A DNA stretch of 58,201 nucleotides from Rhina ancylostomus (taxonomy: Eukaryota). The stretch covers positions 97,084,241-97,142,441 of the forward strand of contig JARFYF010000001.1 in assembly GCA_030265395.1 (NCBI GenBank). The letters are read 5' to 3'. Made by a program: the position numbers and the translations under genes. Under the pieces are notes generated by a model. It saw only the letters and a list, made by a program, of their open reading frames with translations. It was not told the origin of the DNA and did no database searches. This document shows, piece after piece, positions 51,316 to 58,201 of this stretch. The number at the start of each line of letters is the position of its first letter. Position 1 is the stretch's first letter.

Positions 51316-52271
51316 TACCAATCTCTCTTTTTGGTCACATGGGAAGTGTTGGCTGGGCTCATCTGTGATGTACATAGAACTTGGCCCAGATAAACATCAG
51401 TGGAGTATGTGCCCTCAGTCCATTACTGTCAAGAGTAATGTTGATTAATAACTATCAATAACTATTGCTTTAATACTAGTGTGTATTGAATGTGTGCGGA
51501 CTGTTAGATAACCTATGTAAATCATATTGGTGTGAGATTGAATCATCGATTTCAATATTGGATTTGATCTTGCACTAGTCATTCAGAACCCTCTTTAACT
51601 GGAGAAATTTTTAACACATCTGACTGAGTTGAGTTTTGTACATAGATCTTTTATGGACTGAATACAATTGATTATCTGATCTTGATGCCTGTTAAGTCCA
51701 TTAGGAATGGTGACAAATGGCAAAGTAAATTTCTATTTCTTTGCAACTGGTAACTTTGATGGTTTACAGCACTGTCTCCCTGCAATGGCTTCTTCAGTTT
51801 TTTAGTTCTATGCAGAAAGGTACTATGCATTTGTCCTGGCAACATGTCAAATGTTCCAAAAAAATCCATATTTATTTAAATTGATATTTGTCAGAAATTC
51901 TCAATGTTGTTGATTGATCTATATGTTGATCATTCAGAATAAAATTATTTTTAAGCTTTACTGGTGAGAAACCAGTGAAACACAGTACAGTACGCTATTC
52001 ATCAAAAACAAAGAAAACATATATCAGGTGACTGGCAAGCATCTCACTGGGGAAACCCTGAGCAGAACAATACATGCTATTGAAGTAGAATGGCACATCA
52101 GTTTATTCTCACCTTTATGACTCAGCTATTAACACATTTTTAAGGCTTTTGCTACATGGCTATGTCATTAATGAATGATTAATTGTGCCGAACTACAGTA
52201 CAAAAGGGTAGGAGGGCAGTTTAGATTAGTAGAGTGCATTGTAGCTAAAAGGAATGGCTTATAAACATAAT

Positions 52272-53290
52272 GTGCCAGAATTTCCTGCAGCTGGTGAACG
52301 AACTGCACCCGTTGTTCGTTAGACTTGCCCTAGCCCACTTAATTGCTATGACCTTATGCACTGAAAGTTTCTGTAAATTAGAGATTCAAATGGTGTGATG
52401 TCCTCCACAGAGTATCAGGGTCCTCCTCGAACAGGTCAAGAAACTGTGCATCTCCTTAACCATTCAAATTGCAGAACTTGAGGATTGAACAGTACAAGGT
52501 CTGAACCAGGAATTGTGATTTAATGTCAGTGGCTTCAATGTATAATCAGATTCAAAAAGTGAAATAAAGGAAGAGGAAGCTTTGGTTAAAAGAGAGTGAA
52601 AGTATGCAGAAAAATATTATGCTGGAACTTCTCATATCTCTAACCACAAATAAAGGTTGAACTCAAGGGACTCCACTCTTGTAAAAACTAAATTTTCAGC
52701 ACCAGAGAGATTATTTGGCAGTGACTGGGACTTAACATGCTGTTCTAGAGCTTTGATGGTTAGCTGAGTCCCTTTCTCCATGATCAGCATGAAAGTTCAC
52801 AGCTAGTAGAGCTGCTGCCTCACAGCTCCAGCAGTCTAGATTCATTCCAGACTTCTGGTGCTTGTGTGGAGTTTGTTCTGTCTCTGTATAGGTTTCCTCC
52901 AGGAAATTTCCATCCAAATCCCAAAGATGCACAGGTTGGTAAATTAATTGACCACTGTAATTTACCCTGGTGTGTAAAGCAGTGATAGATTCAGGGAGGA
53001 GTAGATGGGAATATGAGAGACTAAGTGAGATTAGGGTAGAATTAGTGCAAATGGGTGCTTGATGGTCAGTGTGGACTCATTGGATCAAAGGGCCTCTTTC
53101 TGGGCTGAATGGCTCTATGATTCAGTACGTTTGATAGTGAAATACTAATTTCAAGCAATTTGCAGAAAAGCAGTGCATCTAAGCAACATGTTCTGGATTT
53201 TCACTTTTAACTATAAGTTGGTGCTCACCTGAATTTGCTGTCCTATTTTAATGGTGAGTGTTGTCAGCCACATTTGTTCTTGTAGTAAAT
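52272..53290. mobile_element. Degraded non-autonomous DNA element hosting a SINE
   Basis: Begins gtgccagaatttcc, a terminus resembling that at 40854. Internal layout is similar to 40854-41813. The right terminus is degraded. Confidence 0.4.
52798..53123 (+). mobile_element. HE1-like SINE
   Basis: tagagctgctgcctcacagctccag head, V-domain remnant (tgtgtggagtttg...ggtttcctcc...catccaaatcccaaagatg) and HER1-type tail gggcctctttctgggctg...ctctatgattc. Confidence 0.85.
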
Positions 53291-54129
53291 TCAACTACAT
53301 TGATGTGATCCTGTCAAAAGCACTTGGAAATACATGCATGCATCAAGCATGTTCCTGATTGGAACAAGTTCATAATCAGATTTGGTTTTTAGTGCAGTAC
53401 TCTATTTACAATCCAAAACGATCATAGAAACAAGACATAGTGCCACATGGAACTCCTTATTCAACTGATCTAATTATTTTCTGACTGCCCAGAAGGTCTT
53501 TTGATCTGTCGGTTCCACATACTGCGTGCTCAATTTAACACTTGACTAACAAGAAAGATCAAATAACAAGATTAAGTGGATAATTTTAGGAAACCTGCAG
53601 TTGTATTTAGTTCCCCATTACTCAAAAGTGGACCAGAATGCAAACGTTAATCACCTGAAACTGAATTCAGAGCACATATTTATACATCTTTTTTAAGTAC
53701 CTTGGTCATAGTGCATGTTAAACAAATTCAAGTAGTCCAGGATTTTATATACCTGGTGTTTTCACAACAGAGTTCCATATCCCACATATGCCTTCAATCA
53801 ACTGAATAGATTGCATCAACTCGCTGTATTAACACATACCAAACATAAGTTGGAGACCAAACTGGCATTTGAATAAAACAAATACTGGCATAATACTGCA
53901 AATGAATGAACAATAACAGTGATGTCATTAAATGCAATAGTGTATTCCATGAAGTCTGCAATTGTACAGTTGCGAGTTTAACAATTACTTAATTGCATAA
54001 GTTAACAAGAAGTATTTTCTAGGTTTTCTCTCCCACTTGTTTTGCATTTTAGTGGTCCTATTTTGGGAAAGGTATTTTTAATGCAAGTCCAAGTTTATAG
54101 TACAAATGCAAAGCACTGTGAAAATTTGA

Positions 54130-54200
54130 AGCGAAAACAGAAAATGTTGAAATGCTCAGCATCTGTGGAGAGAGAAACAGTTTCAAGTGGATGACCTGAA
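54130..54200 (-). mobile_element. Short Penelope-like terminal fragment
   Basis: aaaacagaaaatgttgaaatgctcagcatctgtggagagagaaacag, same family as 37688. Confidence 0.65.
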
Positions 54201-54237
54201 CCTCACTCTTGATTTTCTTTTATATCATCAACAATAT

Positions 54238-54411
54238 GAGGTAGAAATTTATCCTCTGTCACCTGCTCTAGATGGGCAGTTTAGTGGTTTCTGCATCTAC
54301 ATATTCAGCCCCATTAAAGTCAATGCAGCCAAATTTTGAATAGGAGTACAAAATGCATACATGTCAGGTTCGTGCTTTTGGTCCTTGTCACCAAGGATGG
54401 ATTACTACTCC
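54238..54411. mobile_element. Old palindromic MITE with a CCATTAAAGTCAATG core
   Basis: Degenerate inverted ends GAGGTAGAAATTTATCCT / AGGATGGATTACTACTCC. The central ccattaaagtcaatg resembles the CCATTGAAGTCAATGG core of vertebrate Harbinger-type hairpin MITEs. Confidence 0.5.
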
Positions 54412-55614
54412 TATGTTTTTCATCCTCTCTTCAGTTCACATCTTAAACTAAGTCTTTGAAAAGTATATTTAATAACAGTAAACTTTAAATTCTTAGAATT
54501 AAGGGTAGAGTTTTCCTTGACAGTTCTTGAATTTTATATGAGACTAAAGATTATGCAGATGATGCATTCTACCTTTGCATGCTCCGTAAAAAGTGGGAAA
54601 TTCATAAATTATATAAAAAGATACACAGCCTTGGAATGCTGAACTTTTTTTTAATCTACATACGTGTGTTTGTATGGCCTCTGATTTATTGTTATCTCTA
54701 GATTCCTAAACTGGTACCTCACTTGAAGCTCTAAATGCATTTCCAGGAATGAACATTAATTGAACCAGGGCTAAAATTGGTCATTATAGCATTATATATA
54801 GAGGGATGTGTTACTGGCAGTGCTGCTATGCAGGGAACCTGATGTGAATTTCTGCCCTCCACACTGCTGCTCATTGTTGCATCAGGAATCAGGGTGCTAG
54901 GACCCTGGCATGACTCCAGCAACTTCCCCCTGATTCTATCACTCACTTAATCGCCCATGGCATGGTTTGCAGAGGCTGCCCAAGCAGGCTAGTGTTGGGC
55001 AGAGCAGGGTGAGTGGAGCAACTGCTCAGTACTGAGGTGTGGCCGATTGTTGAGGATTGGCAGCACCTGCACCACATATTGACAGCCTGCCAGACACTGT
55101 GGTGCCTCTGATCACCACCTGTTGGATGTGATGGAAGCTGTTGTCTCGCCCCTTCTTTGTTTGGCTGTGTTTGCTCTCCTCAGCTCGGAGGTTTCTCCCT
55201 GGCAGCAAGTTCATTAGTGATCTCTGGTTTTTGACCTTGCACAACCAAACAAAATGGGAGCAGGGGAGGGACAACAGCTGCCATCATGTCCAACAGCTCT
55301 GAGCCCCACATATCAGCATTGAGGAGCCACACAGCTCGCCTCAACCCACCCAATACCAGTCTTAATGAGCAGACTGAGCCATGAGCCACAAGAATGCCAG
55401 CCGAGGGCAAGGATTTGCACCAGATGCCTGGCACGTTAGTGGGGAGGGCAGGCATGTGTGCCACGTTCCCAGCACAGCATTGCACAGTTCAGACAATTTC
55501 TTTGTTAAAGTATGGAGGAATATGTACCTGTGAGTGTTCACACTGGAGAACCAGGAGTACTGTAACAACACACTCTGAAGGAGCGCCAAGCAGGGTAGTG
55601 GTTTCTCTGTTTTG

Positions 55615-55780
55615 TTATAGAGTCATAGAATAACATAGCACAGAAACAGGCCCTTTAGCCCAATTCGTCCATGCCGACCAAGGTGCCCAATTAAGCTAGT
55701 CCCATTAGCCTTAATTGGCCTGTATCCCTCAAAACATTCCTATCCATCTACTTAAACAAATGTCTTTTAAATTAGCTTTT
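55615..55780 (-). mobile_element. HER1/CR1 3' end
   Basis: tatagagtcatagaataacatagcacagaaacaggccctttagcccaattcgtccatgccgacc is a reverse HER1/HE1-type tail. Confidence 0.85.
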
Positions 55781-58201
55781 AAATGTCTGTTCTCAATTAG
55801 GAGAACTTAGTTGGATATTGACATTACTGGAGGAGCATAGTAATCATCCAGAAACTTCATAGTGGTACCAGATATATTCTTGGAGATGGTCTTGAGCTTA
55901 ACAACCCAGTTAAAGTTATGTTGAATTGATCCCAGGAGCTGTATTTTTCAATGTTAAACCTGGTTTATACAAAACAAAATCACCACAGGACCCTAGAGCT
56001 GATGACATTATGGGTGAAATGAAGACTATTTAGCCCACTTTGTCAAGGAACTCCATAGATCTGTTGCGATGATATATTCTAAATTGTTCAGGTAATTTTC
56101 TAAGCCTGATAGGGACTTCATTTCTTGTGACTGATTACCTGCCTCACTGGAAGCTGCAGATAGAGGTGTTAGTCTCTTCTTACTTCAACATTCTATCTAT
56201 CTGAGGAGAACATTGACATTTTACTGAGATTTTATAATATTTCACTGACTTGGAACAAATAAAGATGTGCATTTAAATGCTGGCTTTGCTAGCAACGTGC
56301 ACATCCTGTAAATGAATAATAAAAGAAACAATGCTCGCTGGAGCATAAACACTGGAACAGATTGGTTAGATTAAACATCCTTACTCCCTGTTGTAAAACC
56401 TCTTTGTATTTCTTAGTGATATATTTACCAGGAAGGCAGAAAATGCTAATTTTGCATTCTACCCTTTCAGCAATAAATATTATATTTTGGATTTTAATTA
56501 CATTGATATCTAACCTTAACAAACAACTAAAAAAATTATTTTTAATGCAATTTAATGATAATAGAGGCTATAACCGTGCCAGGAGTACAAAGTGACTGGG
56601 AAAGTAATAAGACATAGTTCTATTTGGCACAACCAAGCTGGGATGAATTTCTGGCCAAATAACCTTTTGACAGCAATGTAGCCAAGCAGTGTATAAAAGG
56701 GTATTGAGTAAAGAGTCTTCATCAAGATCAAATTGTTTTTAGTAAAGCCTACTTTATTATAAATCTTGATCCTCTTCACTCCTCTGCAAGGAAATCTAAT
56801 CTCGTTTTTTTTAGTTTAAAGATAATCAGTAGCCAAAGCATTGAGTTTTGTTTACTGCATTCACCCGTATTCTTCAAGTATTCTGTTGCGTCATCTGGAC
56901 TTTTAGAGCCACAGCAGTTTTATATCAAAACTATAAATCTTTTTCACAGTTTGAGACAGTCTTTCTATTTTATTAATGGTCAACATATATTTGCTTCAAA
57001 CTGCTGTTGTTTTGACAGCATATATCCATCTTGAGCGCTTTCAAACACAGTGTTTTATATTAAATGCTCACTGCTGAGGTGTAACTTCTTTTCCACAGTT
57101 TGCTAAATTCAGCATAGATTGGCAGGCTGTGTTACCACCTGTATTGAATAAGCCCAGCTAAATATGTTCTGAGTTAGAAGTAGCCCTCAAAGATGATTTC
57201 TACCGTTTTGCATTCAAGTAATTAAGTATGAATATGAAAGCTCTTGATGTAATAATAGTTTTAACTTTATGAATATTTATTTTACAAATATAGGGGTAGG
57301 ATTTCCCATTGTTGAGCCGGGGCATTAATGGCTTGAGTGAATCATGAAGAATAAAATCAGGCAGGATGTGCCTGGGACAGAGCCTGTCATTTTTTTTCTA
57401 TCCACTAATGGAAAAATTTGTTATAGAGGGAGGGGGTTGGGTGTAACCTGCCTGCTTTATTTCCCTCCATATGCTGCTAACACAGTAAGAAGTGAATCTT
57501 CCCATATTAGTTCAGTTTCCTTTGTAATCAGAGTCCCTTTGAGGTCAAGTTAGTCTTCAGGACACTGTTGTTGATTAACCACCAACCAAGCATATTGATG
57601 GGAACTGAAGGTCACTGGTATCACTGTCGCTGGTGTCTGGGATCTTACCACTTGCCTTGACATAATACTACTTGCCAAGACCCTAATGGGGATTGTGGGG
57701 CTAGCTGAAAAAGCAAGTGGAAGCCTGGTGGTGCTCTGTACTGTTAAACCATGTGTAGGAAAATATCTGCAATACCCTTCAGGTATGTTGGTGTCAGTGA
57801 ATCTTAGTTTATACCAATATATACAGTACCTAACTCCCATGGGCTTAGTTTAGTGAGGTACATTTTACAAAGAGAAAGAACATTCAATAATAAGCAAATG
57901 TAAACTCTACCAATGTGTATTTTTTAATGATTCATTTTGGGGAGCCTTAAAGATGATGCCCAGTTTTGCCATATTAATAAAGACAAGGATGTCAGCACCT
58001 TAATTCATGGTTAAACTAACAGATATTTCTGATCTTTGTGTATGGGGTTAAATAGATAAATCCAGAAGTTGCTGAGTGTGATCCATTGCTTCCATGCAAG
58101 TTGTGCTGTTACAGTTCTTGGGATAGAATCTACATGGAAATCACACAAATGGTTTTTGATTTGGGTTAATTACCTACTAGATTCATACAAAAGGCAGGTA
58201 A

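Overview
Eukaryotic, AT-rich vertebrate DNA from a draft assembly (N-gaps at 1727-1826, 2873-2882, 14545-14644, 20141-20240, 22753-22762 and 27475-28128). The repeat content points to a cartilaginous fish, probably a ray or other batoid: HE1/V-type SINEs, HER1/CR1 LINEs, a SacSINE1/DeuSINE-like element, Rex-Babar, RTE, L2, Penelope and palindromic MITEs. The only host coding sequence I can support is one 150-nt internal exon on the + strand (30337-30486), which the ORF track misses. It encodes the C-terminal end of the Formin-1 FH2 domain ([50 protein letters not shown]). The window is therefore mostly the large 3' introns of fmn1, which in jawed vertebrates hold the long-range limb/fin enhancers of the neighbouring gene grem1. 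A LINE-free block dense in HOX13, TCF, GLI-like and GATA motifs just downstream of the exon is the best enhancer candidate. Other notable items are an RTE with a twin-priming-type 5' inversion, Penelope fragments with minimal hammerhead-ribozyme cores and inverted termini, nested LINE insertions, and several palindromic MITEs. Almost all listed ORFs are transposon relics or noise. I see no evidence of a new protein-coding system. Repeat family calls come from pattern recognition, not database searches, and their boundaries are approximate.
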